Virus record (IMG/VR): IMGVR_UViG_3300008116_000011
Location: 110,438-174,437 of that record
DNA: 64,000 nt
Reading direction: 5' to 3' (one strand)
Source of the DNA: a virus
Below, one piece after another: positions 63,965-64,000 of the stretch. Numbering within the stretch: position 1 is the stretch's first letter; every line of letters starts with the position of its first letter. Position numbers and translations under genes: made by a program. The notes under the pieces are model-generated. The model made no database searches and was not told where the DNA came from. It worked only from the letters and a program-made list of their open reading frames with translations.

Positions 63965-64000
63965 TTCTAATATAATCTATATATAAATATTTTAATATTT

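Noticed and set aside
1666-63986. All other + strand ORFs and nested short minus-strand ORFs in the track
   Set aside because: They overlap well-supported minus-strand genes, have no recognisable motifs, and the genome is otherwise unidirectional here.
4408-63989. TATAAATA read as canonical T4 late promoters on the + strand
   Set aside because: No credible + strand genes follow them, and they sit at consistent short distances upstream of minus-strand starts.
1-64000. Stop-codon reassignment, tRNA genes, introns or inteins
   Set aside because: Core genes are intact and of normal length in the standard code, with TAG and TGA used as stops (e.g. 4416, 57013, 40451). Intergenic gaps show no cloverleaf that I could identify, though tRNAscan was not run.

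Overview
This 64-kb window is part of a large, AT-rich, T4-like (myovirus) dsDNA phage genome. Essentially all real genes lie on the minus strand and read in the standard code. In transcription order (right to left) it holds: head-associated and accessory genes; the head module (large terminase, portal, core proteins, prohead protease, scaffold, gp23-like major capsid protein); PhoH; fibre, neck and tail genes (sheath, tube, chaperone, tape measure, baseplate); and a replication block (compact family-A polymerase, SSB, RecA/UvsX, 5'-3' exonuclease, DnaB-like helicase running off the window edge). Eight promoters of the form TTTG-N19/20-TAnnTTTA and the absence of obvious Shine-Dalgarno sequences point to a Bacteroidota host (inference). 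The main candidate for an undescribed system is a modular capsid-cargo architecture. Many unrelated ORFs carry short shared N-terminal leaders, one of which resembles the scaffold C-terminus, followed by a putative prohead-protease site E|ARxVP. Two ORFs are polyproteins with internal E|xxxVP sites and share a shuffled module. A promoter-plus-leader DNA cassette is repeated 53 kb apart. Other highlights: a start-less ORF behind the tail chaperone, reachable by a +1/-2 frameshift at a T7 run; about 20 copies of a late-promoter motif that is the reverse complement of the T4 late box; a roughly 1,100-aa Thr/Pro repeat fibre; a kinase-fold gene beside the capsid gene; and an annexin-like tail domain. 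All functional calls come from motif recognition by eye; no database searches were run.
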